Origin: Octopus vulgaris
Taxonomy: Eukaryota
Reading direction: 5' to 3'
DNA length: 64,000 nucleotides
Assembly (NCBI GenBank): GCA_951406725.2
Contig: OX597824.1
Coordinates: 25,296,001 to 25,360,000 of the forward strand
Part shown: piece after piece, positions 1 through 11,499 of the stretch
Position numbering within the stretch: position 1 is the first letter of the stretch
Layout: each line of letters starts with the position of its first letter
Program-made: the position numbers and the translations under genes
The notes under the pieces: generated by a model
What the model was told of the DNA's origin: nothing
What the model saw: the letters and a program-made list of their open reading frames with translations, nothing else
Databases searched by the model: none

Positions 1-703
1 TTTCTTTTCACTTTGCTCCAGTCCACTCAGCTGCCAAAATTGAGTTGTACCTGTATGTCAAAGGATCAGCTTTGTCACAATCTGTGTTACGCTGAATCTT
101 CTTGAGAACTACATTAAGGGTACACGTGTTTATGGGGTGCTCAACCACATGCACGTTAATTCCAGGATCGGGTTGTTCCGATGATGGGATCAACTGAAAT
201 TCATTTCGTCATAACCGATGGAGCGCCAGTAGTTACAATCGAATGCATCTGCTGTGCAATACTAATGAAAACAGTATGACTCCGAATACCTCCGTAAATA
301 CACAGAAACGTATATATATATAAAATACTATGCCTACTCATAATAATAAGTGATAGGTTTTTTCCCTACTCTCTGTAAAGGGGATTAATGACCATTTGAC
401 ATTGACCTAGTTTCTCTCACCAAATAGTAGTAATTGGCATTTTGTTAGTGGCAACTACTGTCTTCAACTTGAATTCCTTTTATGGTATTCTGAAACCTCC
501 TTTACCCCATTCCTACAACTAAAAAATCTTTATTACTTCTAACATTATAGCAGTTAGATACAGCCATAGCGTGGTCAGTCAGTGGTTGGACTTCACCACC
601 TCATATGTTCTTAAAATTTAAATCTATATCTTTGTCTGTATATCTACCTTCTCTATAATGTTGCTACTTGATTTGAAAGCTTTTATATTAATGGAAAACC
701 TAT

Positions 704-798
704 GTAATTGGCTGATGAGCACTCAGCATCTTAAATCTGCTGTAATACTTACAACTTTTAATAAAATGATGTAGTGCGAAACAATTGTACTAAATTAC
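704..798 (+). ncRNA. Type I hammerhead ribozyme motif (Penelope-terminal-repeat type)
   Basis: Stem I GTAATTGG/CTAAATTAC, core CTGATGA (712-718), stem II GCACT/AGTGC with long extension, GAAA (778-781), palindromic stem III ACAATTGT, GUA triplet. Confidence 0.7.
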
Positions 799-1918
799 CG
801 GAGTCATTCTTGTTGCTGATTTTCTTTGTTTTTTGTATTTATATTCGCATGGCATCGTCCGTTTTTCTGTCCTTGTTTCGTATACATTCGATCCTTTTTC
901 CAAGAAATCTAATGCTCGTAGCTTAGTTTTTCCTTGGGGTTGGCCGGATCGGAGCGATCTCAAGATTAATCAGCCGAAATTGCGAGGATGATCCGGTTCT
1001 TGACTGAAGATTGAAGGCTTCGTATGTCCCGTCCGTGTTTTTTGTATCATCTTCTAAATGTTTTGCGCTCTTGTCCCAGTTTGTATTTTTTTACATATAC
1101 ATAAATTTATATATATTGCTAAATGTGACAATCGAAAGTAAAGCAGTGACACAATGCTAAATGTAACGATAGGCAAAAGAAAGCAGTAACACATAAAACG
1201 CCGAAATGAAACAAGTTAACAAAAATGAAATGTAGTTACAAATGAGTAAACACAAAAAAGAAGCATGCACACAATCATATACACAAAAGTCCACACGTTT
1301 AAAGATCGTTGAAAGGTAAAGAAAGAACAAACAGAAAAAAGATATAGATAATAAGAGTTAAGACAAAACTGAAACATGCGTCTTACGCAACTATGAAGTA
1401 TGTGTGAAAAAAATGATAAAGGTAAACTCGCATATATGAGTGGATAAAAATATATAAATTGGCAGGATGTAACATGATACGCCGAAGAAATAGAAAATCC
1501 AATAGTATAAAAAGTGAAGTGCAAAAGAAACATGACAATATAAAACCCTTAAGCAATATATATATATATATATATAATAATTATTATTTGAGGGAATAAA
1601 ATCCAAACTTATTATATACCTATTATATACGTTTTTATTATTATTTTTGCAATTTACTTAATCTTTACATTTTATTGTTATTTAAATTTTAACTTTTCTA
1701 TTATATGTAATTTTCTAGATGGTGTAACTTAATTGTTCATTTTGAATTGATAAAACGTGTTTTTTTTTCTAATTTTATATATATGTATATAACATACCTG
1801 CTAAAAATTAAGGTGCTAAGGAGAAATTCCAAAAGTATAATCGAATAGAGTGAATAGGGATAAGTGATGTAACAAGTGAACGTAGTACCCTTTCCATACG
1901 TGTTGGGTAGGATACGGG

Positions 1919-1974
1919 TTAGCCGAATGAAGACACCGCCATGCAGTAGCAACACGAAAAGGTCATGTAGAATC
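1919..1974 (-). CDS. Exon 2 (terminal coding exon) of the same protein: (G)FYMTFSCCYCMAVSSFG*
   Basis: Acceptor ...ttttattaacatgtatacgaaacAG|GA. Phase matches exon 1 (G+GA = Gly). Gives the C-terminal S-C-C-x-C motif of Spaetzle-type knots. TAA at 1921-1919. Confidence 0.7.
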
Positions 1975-2100
1975 CTGTTTCGTATACATGTTAATAAAAC
2001 CAAGCAAGATGAATGTCATGAACATTGTTAAATAGCTATTGTACTAGCCATGAGCAAAGAAATATTAAGGTACCTGAAGAGCTATCATTAACTACAAATT

Positions 2101-2513
2101 GCTGTTGTTTGTTCCTTCTCGAGCCATGCCTGGCTCATAAGGGCCGGTTTCCCGGTTTCTTGGCGTATAGGTTCCCCATCTGGACGGGACGCCGGTCCGT
2201 CGCAGGTGAGCTGCAAGATGCAGGAGGAAAGACTGAGAGAAAGTTGTGGCGAAAGAGTCAACAGAAGTTTCGCCATTACCTTCTGCCGGAGCCGCGCGGA
2301 ACTTAGGTGTTTCGCTCATAAACACACAGATCGCCCGGTCTGAGATTCGAACGCGCGATCCCTCGACTGCGAGTCCGCTGCTCTAGCCACTAGGCCATGT
2401 GCCTCCACAGGCAAAGTCGACCTCGGCGGAATTTGAACTCAGAACGTAGCAGCAAACGAAACACCGCTAAGCATTTCGCTCGGCATGCTAACGATTCTGC
2501 AAGCTCGTCGCCT
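2101..2513 (-). mobile_element. Chimeric tRNA-derived SINE (head of family B + full family A)
   Basis: A box TGGCCTAGTGG, B box GTTCGAATC, (AAC)n tail. One 13-bp TSD TTAACTACAAATT at 2088-2100 and ~2514-2526. Confidence 0.85.
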
Positions 2514-2569
2514 TTAACTACAAATTAAGAGGAAGTTACTAGTATTGTATAATGGGAATTAGGATTTAT

Positions 2570-3012
2570 GGATCTTTTCGGTTTGATCGGCAGTTTTTAA
2601 CATAATTTCTAGGTAACTAAAAAATTTTTAATTTCGTATACTGGTAGAATGTCTTTTTCTCTTGGCTTTATTGACAAAATTCTATAGTTTGTAAGATATT
2701 TGTTGATTTTTTCTTCAATTTCTGCAATTTCAACCAATCACTGACGTCCATTAAGGTAAAAAACATTCTGTGCCGTATGAATATGTCCCTCGTTTAAGAA
2801 ACAGATTGGGTTTATTTACATTTGTGAAGAAAAAAAAAGATACCTTTCCCCCCACCCCTAACCCTAACCCTAACCCTAAACCTAATTAACCCTAATTAAA
2901 CCTAACCCTAAAACAGATTGAAATGCAATAGATCGATACAAGGGTCATAATTATGGGTGACAATTTCATATGACACCACTAGAAAAATTTGCCGTTCAAA
3001 CCGAAAAGATCC
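2570..3012. mobile_element. MITE with GGATCTTTTCGGTTTGA TIRs, 8-bp TSD and internal (CCCTAA)n
   Basis: TSD GGATTTAT at 2562-2569 and 3013-3020. Telomere-type repeats at ~2856-2911. GG termini with an 8-bp TSD suggest the Merlin superfamily (inference). Confidence 0.9.
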
Positions 3013-3849
3013 GGATTTATGACAGAGAAAATATTATGTAATCAATGCTTATTATAAGTCACAATAATTCATCAAATCTATTAATAATACTTTCTATTAT
3101 ATTTACAAAGCCCGAAATTTTGTAGGAAGGAACTAGTCGATCACATCGAACTCAACTGGTACTTATTTTATCGACTCCGAAATGGTTAAAGGAAAAGTCA
3201 ACCTCAGCAGAATTTGAATTCAATTGGGAAAACAAACGAAATGTCAGCAAGTATTATGTTCAACGTGCTAACGATTCTGCTAGCTCGCCGTCTTATTAAA
3301 TCTCATAATAATGCCATAATCTCTGTAATACATTGGGGATACTTATTATAACTGCTATTGGGTTTCGCACGTTGAACGATTGACTATCTGATAGTGTAGT
3401 CTACTTTAGTTAAAGATGTGCAATTTGCTTTAACTTCAGATTTAAATCTCCTTGTGAGTTATAATAAGTATCACCTATGTATTACAGAGATTATGGCATT
3501 ATTATGAGATTTAATAAGACGGTGAGCTAGCAGAATCGTTAGCACGTTGAACATAATACTTGCTGACATTTCGTTTGTTTTCACAATTGAATTCAAATTC
3601 TGCTGAGGTTGACTTTTCCTTTTACCATTTCGGAATCGATAAAATAAGTACTAGTTGAGTTCGATGTGATCGACTAGTTCCCTCCTACAAAATTTCGGGC
3701 TTTGTAAATATAATAGAAAGTATTATTAATAGATTTGATGAATTATTGTGACTTATAATAAGCATCGATTGCATAATATTTTCTCTGTCATAAATCCGGA
3801 TCTTTTCGGTTTGAACGGCAATTTTTTCTAGTGGTGTCATATGAAATTG
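2961..3849. repeat. Long inverted repeat: arms 2961-3353 and 3457-3849 (393 bp each), 103-bp spacer
   Basis: The arms are reverse complements with only scattered substitutions. Each contains a MITE end, unique flank and an old SINE. Confidence 0.95.
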
Positions 3850-5040
3850 GCTTAAAATCTTTGCAAGAAGGGCCTATGTAAAAATATGTTGTCTGATTTG
3901 TAATAACTTCACATTGATAAAAATATGCTGACTAGACACATATTATCTAATGGACACGAGGTGGGGCAGGGCATTTACTATTACAATTACACAATCTATT
4001 TGTGGGCCCACGTAGCGTGTGCTTCAGATTACTGCGCTCAATGCCATCACTGTGTTCATTAAGAATACCACCAGTCTTATTATCGAAATGGTTGTTAGGA
4101 TTAACATATTTGTATTTAATACCATGGCTGTTGTTATCATCAGAAACATTATATATATATATATAGGAGCACTCCGTCGGTTACGACGACGAGGGTCCCA
4201 GCTGATACGATCAACGGAACAGCTTGCTCGTGAAATTAACATGCAAGTGACTGAACAATCCACATACATGAGTACCCTTAACGTAGTTCTCGGGGATAAT
4301 CAGCGTGACACAGAGTGTGACAAGGCCGGCCCTTTGAAATACAGGTACTTCTTATTTTTGCCAGCTGAGTGGACTGGAGCAACGTGAAATAAAGTGTCTT
4401 GCTCAAGGACACAACGCATCGCCGGGAATCGAACTCACGACCTTACAATCGTCAGTCGAATGTCCTTTTAAAGACTCCGCCGGTTACTACGACGAGGGTC
4501 CCAGCTGATACGATCAACGGAACAGCTTGCTCGTGAAATTAACGTGCAAATGGCTGAGCATTCCACAGACACGTGTACCCTTAACGTAGTTCTCGGGGAT
4601 AATCAGCGTGACACAGAGAGTGACAAGGCTGACCCTTTGAAATACAAGTACAACTCATTTTTGCCAGCTGAGTGGACTGGAGCAACGTGAAATAAAGTGT
4701 CTTGCTCAAGGACACAACGCGTCGCCGGGAATCGAACTCACAACCTTACGATCATGAGCCGAATGCCCTAACCACTAAGCCACGCGCCTTCACGCAGAAA
4801 CATTACTGTTCACAGGATTTGCATCAAAATCATGTTCTGTTGAAAGGAAGGTGAATTGAACCCGGTATTAATATTCGGGATGCTGGTTGCCTGTCCGATT
4901 TAAGTGGCTTTATATCTCTTGCGGTCTAGGGTTTTGTGTACGGATATTGTTAATCTTAACGCTTTGTGGGTAGCTTAGCCGCTTATTGTTAATACAACGT
5001 ATAACATCAGCTACGTTAGAGGTATAACGTGTGGCAGTTA
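3850..5040 (-). mobile_element. Degenerate Penelope-like remnant (CNC..CPL-type GIY-YIG) interrupted by a SINE dimer
   Basis: Frameshifted LCNC...SCPLDNMCL...YQCEV...YFYIG...FK at 4000-3850. A weaker FNSPSF-like segment lies near 4860. Confidence 0.5.
4152..4794 (-). mobile_element. Head-to-tail dimer of a tRNA-derived SINE (family C)
   Basis: Two ~300-bp copies with A/B boxes and a (TA)n tail. TSD CAGAAACATTA at 4141-4151 and 4795-4805. A diverged copy lies at ~1-226 (+). Confidence 0.88.
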
Positions 5041-5160
5041 TAAATATAAAGTATGTCTGATTGTGTATATTTATTTACCTATATTTTTATGCGTATATGT
5101 GTATGTGCATGTCTATGTGCATGCCTATATATTGATTTATATGTACACACATCATGCACA

Positions 5161-5212
<52 letters not shown>

Positions 5213-5868
5213 TGTCCATGTAAATATGTAGTAACATTTATGCAAGAACGTTTCCCACAGACATCAACGTATTTTTGTAGTAATTTTTAAAGCCGTCCAA
5301 GATGAACATATTCTGATTGGAGTATTTAGTTTTCTCATCTTATTTCGAAGAATAAAATATTCGAGTAACAACAGAATGGGTTCACAGTGAAGCTTGATCA
5401 TAAAAACTAAAATCAACCACATAAATTAAAAATTAGAGAACCGGATCATAATTCTTTTTCCATTGGCACAAGTATGGCTATGTGGTTAAGAAGCATACTT
5501 TGGAACCACAAGGTTTTAAGGTCAGTCCTACTGCGTGGCATCTTAAACAAGTGTTTTCTACTATAGTTACGAGTTATTCAATGGCATGAGGATAAATTTG
5601 GTAGACAGAAAAGAACTGCGTCGAAGCCTGTGTATGTGTGGTGAGTGTTTGTGTGTTTATCCCTCATTACCACTTATCAGCCGGTGATAGTTTGTTTATG
5701 TTCCCGTGGTTCGACAAAGAGACCAATAGAATAAGTGCCAAACTTTAAAAAATAAATACTGGGATCAATTTTGTTTAATTAAACACTTCAAGGCGTCGCT
5801 CCAGCATGGCCTCAATCCAATGACTGAAACAAAACAGAAGTTACAAGATGTAAGAAATTTTTCCTTAC

Positions 5869-6202
5869 CTTTGTATGGCGGCCCATTTTCCCAGGTAGTC
5901 AGTCGCGTTCCCTTTCTGTCGCATATCGACATCCTACAGCGGGAAGCTGGAATCCTTGAACCGAAGAGACAACATTCTATTTCGATTTTGAACACTGGTG
6001 CTAAGCTGCAACGTCGTTCCAACCAATGTCCTCCATAACGTTGACACGTTTCTCTAATTTCTGCTCTATATCTGAACACAGGAAACTGTAATCTGTAGCG
6101 GTTAAAAAGAATTAATGGTGCACAACTACTTTCTCTGATAACCAGTGCCACAGGATCAACGAAAAGGATAATTCCAATAATAATAGAATACTTCACAAGC
6201 AT
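5869..6202 (-). CDS. Exon 1 of a small secreted cysteine-rich protein (putative Spaetzle/neurotrophin-like cystine-knot cytokine)
   Basis: ATG in GAAAATG context. Hydrophobic N-terminus MLVKYSIIIGIILFVDPVA is signal-peptide-like. Complex non-repetitive ORF with 7 Cys. Ends at a strong donor AAAG|GTAAGG (intron starts 5868). 334 nt, phase 1. Confidence 0.8.
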
Positions 6203-6531
6203 TTTCCTTGTATTATTTTATCCATTTATTTATTTATTTTTACTAACAATTTCTTTTTTTTTTTTACCGAATACAAAATCCAGAATTATATATAAAATCT
6301 TGGTGAAATTGACATTTTGATTTTATAAGGTCGAAGAATAAATGTGACACCCGTAGCACTTGTTTTATCCTTGTACCACCACAATTATTATTATCATTAT
6401 TATTATTATTATTATTCTGTAGTTTTATTTTTATTGCGTGCTTTCACTTCACTACCGAGCGCAGCTCTGTGTGCCTTGGGTGTGTGCTGTGATTTGTTGT
6501 GGTGCTTTGATGGTTACTGTAAGTGTTTTGT

Positions 6532-6533
<2 letters not shown>

Positions 6534-6584
<51 letters not shown>

Positions 6585-6736
6585 GTTTGCCTTTGCTTTA
6601 GGTTTTACAAGCCGCACCTGAATCTCAGTTAGTGACGTCAAGGGACAAGTCTTGTATCTAATGATGCAAGGTACTGGAATGCTATGCGATTGAGAAAAAA
6701 AAAACAGCAAAAAACTAATGCCTGTGAGCTATGAAA

Positions 6737-6795
<59 letters not shown>

Positions 6796-7155
6796 GTTGT
6801 CATTTTAATAAATACGTTTTACGATTCTGTAAACGTGTAATTAAAAGTCTTTTCTTTTTTGGAGCTAAAAATATGTGTAGTGAAAAGCTATAGCATTAGA
6901 ATGTATCCAGCTTGGTTCGCTTCTAATGTTTAAAGAAGTAATTTATAGCAGCGACATGGATTAAAGTTTTTTCGTGTAAAAGTTTTTTGACATTTGAATT
7001 AGGATTATTCTTCAAGTTTGAGTAGTATGAAAATCACATTTTAGGTCATGTTTTGAAAGACTTATTGAAAATAAATCATGTTTACAAATATCAGAATCTG
7101 ATATTGGCGAAAAACAAGGTAACCCTATTATCATCGTCATAGTTTATTATTATTA

Positions 7156-7245
<90 letters not shown>
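6534..7245. repeat. Cluster of (TTA)n microsatellites
   Basis: Tracts at ~6534-6583, ~6738-6795 and ~7145-7243. Confidence 0.95.
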
Positions 7246-7961
7246 TTTTTTTTTTTTGCATTCTTTCAGTTATTTATTACAAGTAGGCGAAGTGGACGAT
7301 TGGCTGTGCTCTACACCTGCACCAACTGACCATCAAAGAATTAAATAGCTAGTAAAATAAATTTTAAATTAGATTAGAAAGCTAATCGTTTAGTAAACAA
7401 CGGTGAAAGATATTTTTGTTTTTGTATTTGATTTGCCAAATTCTTGATGTGAAAGATTGAAAAATACGCAAGAAGTGAAGGAGAACAGCACAGAAAAAAA
7501 AGAAAAACTTGTTTTCTACTTAGTAAACAAAGTAGAAAAATAAAAAAATAAACAGAGAAAGGTAGGGGGAAATGGCGAAAGCGTCTAAGAGAACAATGAG
7601 GAATTTGTCAACTAATTGCGAATGATTTCCTTTCAGAGGGAGAGACACGGATTGTTGGCTTAGAGAAAAAAATAGAGAAAACAAAAAGTAAAACAAAAAA
7701 AAAAAAGAGGATGGGTATGCTTAAGTATACTGTTCATAATAGCAGATAAAAGAACTTTAAAACATTCATCCCAACCGTTCGGAAATAAACCTCTCCCAGT
7801 TCAAGTTCAAACTGGTAAGCATAAACATAAACACAGACACCTCTTCGCACACAAAAAAACTGAACATATATCGCACAGTGCATACTAAGTAAAATAAGCA
7901 TATGTGACTTGGGTTCATTTTAATTTCATTAGCTTACATTAAAGATATTACAAGCATGTAA

Positions 7962-8370
7962 GGCCGCGAGCTGGCAGAAACGTTAGCACGCCGGGCGAAA
8001 TGCTTAGTGGTATTTCGTCTGCCGCTACGCTCAGAGTTCAAATCCCGCCGAGGTCGACTTTGCCTTTCACCCTTTCGCGGTCGATTAAATAAGTACCAGT
8101 TACGCACTGGGGTCGATATAATCGACTTAATCCGTTTGTCTGTCCTTGTTTGTCCCCTCTGTGTTTAGCCCCTTGTGGGTAATAAAGAAATAGGTATTCC
8201 GTCTGCCGCTACGCTCTGAGTTCAAATCCCGCCGAGGTCGACTTTGCCTTTCACCCTTTCGCGGTCGATTAAATAAGTACCAGTTACGCACTGGGGTCGA
8301 TATAATCGACTTAATCCGTTTGTCTGTCCTTGTTTGTCCTCTCTGTGTTTAGCCCCTTGTGGGTAGTAAA
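7962..8370 (+). mobile_element. tRNA-derived SINE (family B) with duplicated 3' ~185 bp
   Basis: Central GCCTTTCA(T/C)CCTTTCG.GGTCGAT..ATAAGTACCAG domain. ~21-bp TSD AAAGATATTACA(A/C)GCATGTAA. Other copies at ~3120-3290, 3520-3690, 15327-15530 and 21117-21315. Confidence 0.88.
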
Positions 8371-9746
8371 GATATTACACGCATGTAACTCGCTCGCACA
8401 CACACACACATCTATTTATATGTGTAAAACTCTGTTGTAGTTGTTTCGGCCCCAGTTTTGCAGGTCTAGGTGGCCTTACTGTAGGATGTCCCTTTGGTAG
8501 TTTTACAATAGGGGTCTCGGTACTATCAAATATTAGTCAAACGAGAGGAGGAAAAGCGACGAAGTAGAAATAAGAGATTCCGGTACAGACCTAGTTGAAA
8601 TATATTATAAGTAGTTTACCCAAAACCAAGACCAGTCGGAGATAAACTGTATTGGCATTCTGAAGAAAAATGTTCATTAATTTGATGTATGCATTGGATC
8701 AGTTGCTCCTTACGTTTATTGATTGGACAAGATTTGCGTCCTAAAACCACAACTGCTTCCATAGAACATAAATCACAGCTACCCTACCTACCTTATATGG
8801 AAAAAGCTTCCTGTATAATGGACAAGGAAGTGGAGTGATTTTATTAGTCCTTTAATTGCCGGATTAATTTTGCTGGTGATGTGTTATGTAATTTTTTCAT
8901 ATTAGTGAAGGGACCAAGATGGATATCCATCCTCCTCTTAAATTCCGTTGCAATGGCTCCACATATATGCAAGTATGTATGATTGTGTGTGTATGTGTGC
9001 TTGTGAGATATCTGATCACAATAGATAGACAGACATGTAACCCAGTACAACTTATTGCATGGTCAGATCATCTTTACTAACGTGGCAACTCTACCAGGTT
9101 TGCTTGATGAAGAATGTAATTTTGGACACTCTGCGGGATGAAAGATAAGACTTGTCAAAGAGTGAATGCATTCACCGGAATTAATGGTTTACTGATATGT
9201 ACATACGAGCAAAACGCCCACCGTCCAATGGACGGTGCTGAGTTGTCAAATATTTAAACCAAATTTTCTCAAAACAACTTGTCCGACCGTTCCATAGGCC
9301 TCCCTTTTGAGAAACACTGATTTAACCTAAATTTGAGACACCAGCAAAAGAAGAAATAAAGATATACTTTTTTCTATTCCAAAGAAAAACGATTTTATTC
9401 ACATAAATATGCAACCGAAGAGTTCAAAGTACCAGTAATGATAAGGCTGTTGACTGGGAGAACACAAACATTGTTTAAACAGTAAACTTGGCAGGAAAGA
9501 AACGTGCCTTTAAGCAGTACAAAAACAACAAAAAATGGATGGTGCAGTTTTGTACAGGTTGACGGAAGAAAAGCAGGACAAAAACGATGCATACAAATGG
9601 GTTATCTGGAGGTAAATCTAGATGGAAAAGTATGATGAATTTATGAGAACGTACCTGAGACAATAATAAGTTTATCCGATAAAACATGTAGGAAATCAAT
9701 TAGAAGCGATTTTTGATGAAAAGCAACAACCTAGGGAACTAAGTAA

Positions 9747-10013
9747 CTAATTTTGAGCTAACTTACCTTACGGGATGTTCAAGGGCATGGAAAAGCTAGT
9801 GGCAACAGCTGATGTACTTGCGCGTACAAATGTACGTTCCCACGGCTTTATCGATCGCATTCTCACCCGGTATCGATTTTTGTAATTTTTTCAAGACTTA
9901 TACACGCCCTGATACCGTCGCTATCTACATATCAAATTTGAGCGCAATCGGATGGAGGATGCCCGAGATCCTAGAAGACACACAGACAGACAGAACGGGT
10001 TTTATATAATAGA
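9747..10013 (-). mobile_element. Probable short Helitron-derived element
   Basis: 5' A|TCTATTATATAAAACCCG followed by (CTGT)n, like the 19616-20425 element. The 3' end is unclear. Confidence 0.4.
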
Positions 10014-10413
10014 TGCACATTAAATATGTATGTGTGTATATTGTTGCCTTTTTGCATTTCCTTCAAAAGAGACATGGAAGAAATAAGTAATCACCATCTT
10101 TGAAGTTGGTGGCATGCAATTTCCATTACCATCCATTGGAATACCCATAATTTATTTAAATATCTCTCTGTTGAAGCAATATATGCGTAATTAAGGCTAA
10201 TCGTCTCCCTTATTCGGCTCTTATTTAAAGAAAGAAAATCATTAAGCTTACATTTTGATTATTTTTTAAATCAGTCAACATTTCTGATGGAAATATATTC
10301 ATAAATTTATTAAATACCATATCAATAATTTTAAATATACATTCTATATCTTTAAAAATTGTAGATTAGTATATAGTGAAAAGAAATCATACACATGCAT
10401 GGCCTGAACTATC

Positions 10414-10690
10414 GTGGAGGCACATGGTCCAGTGGTTAGAGCAGCGGACTCACGGTCGAGGGATCGCGCGTTCGAATCTCAGACCGGGCGATGTGTGTGT
10501 TTATGAGCGAAACACCTAAGCTCCACGCAACTCCGGCAGACGATAATGGCGAAACTTCTGCTGATTCTTTCGCTACAACTTTCTCTCGGTCTTTCCTCCT
10601 GCATCTATAGGTGGGGAACCTATACGCCAAGAAACCGGGAAACCTGCTCTAATGAGCCAGGCATGGCTCCAGAAGGAACAAAAGAACTAA
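10414..10690 (+). mobile_element. tRNA-derived SINE (family A)
   Basis: A/B boxes. 15-bp TSD CATGGCCTGAACTAT at 10398-10412 and 10691-10705. Relatives at ~14695-14962 and ~23173-23367 (-). Confidence 0.88.
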
Positions 10691-11499
10691 CATGGCCTGA
10701 ACTATGTTAAGCTTTCGCAGTTTCTTGAAAATTTCAGTATAAGACCTAATACACTAAAACAAGCTAACACCCGAATTGCAAAACATTTATTTTGTAATAC
10801 CTTGAAAAGGACGACTAACAATTTTTATTGTATTATTAGGTAACATAGTTATTTATTGATGCACTTTCTGTCACTCTCAATAAATCTATTCTTACATGGA
10901 AATTTATGCATTGCTGGAGTTAAAAAAAAACTTTGGAATAATATTGTCTATCTCTTATACGCTGAAACCACTCAGTATTCCAAAGTCAGGTATTAATTTT
11001 CTTATTGAATTGTTTATACTGTCATATACTACTATATAAGTACAATTAACTTTAGAGTTGAAGTCATTTCTTAATCCTAATTCGTTACCTAAACCAATTG
11101 ATATTTTTTACAAATAAATTTCGAAATTCCCGCAGCCTTATTCGCTGCTACTAAAAGGCATTTATTTTGCAATGTTTTAATATATTCCTTAACTTCTTGC
11201 TTAATAAAACCTAACTCTTTTCTATCATCCTGCTCATGCTCCTTGTTTGTCTCAGTGATAAACCGGTTACTCTCTTTCTTCAGTTTTCAAAATTCTCCTC
11301 TTTTATTTAAGTCTTAACTAAACTATAAAATAGTTATTCGAGCTTAAGATAACCTCCTCTATCTATACTAACCGGTACCCTTCCAGATTATCCTTCTCGA
11401 ATACTCATTTAACAATATTTTAAATATCGTTATTATATCAATATTTTATTGGCTGGAGGTAAACGCACTGGTCAGCAAATAATTTGTTCTCTGAAAATT

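Noticed and set aside
1737-2003. 88-aa ORF with a possible donor at 1797
   Set aside because: It overlaps exon 2 in another frame, and its phase does not fit exon 1. The cystine-knot frame explains the locus better.
2856-2911. Telomere or chromosome-fusion site
   Set aside because: The repeats are short and internal to a TIR/TSD-bounded MITE present twice in the window.
5765-5868. C-terminal 33 aa of the 145-aa ORF in the track
   Set aside because: Read-through past the strong donor into an intronic SINE.
6008-6046. Beta-defensin-like look of CQRYGGHWLERRC...CC
   Set aside because: The second and fourth defensin Cys are missing; the whole-protein pattern fits a cystine knot better.
10414-10490. 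tRNA-like sequences (also ~2335-2408 and ~4720-4793)
   Set aside because: They are SINE heads with body, tail and TSD; no complete cloverleaf seen.
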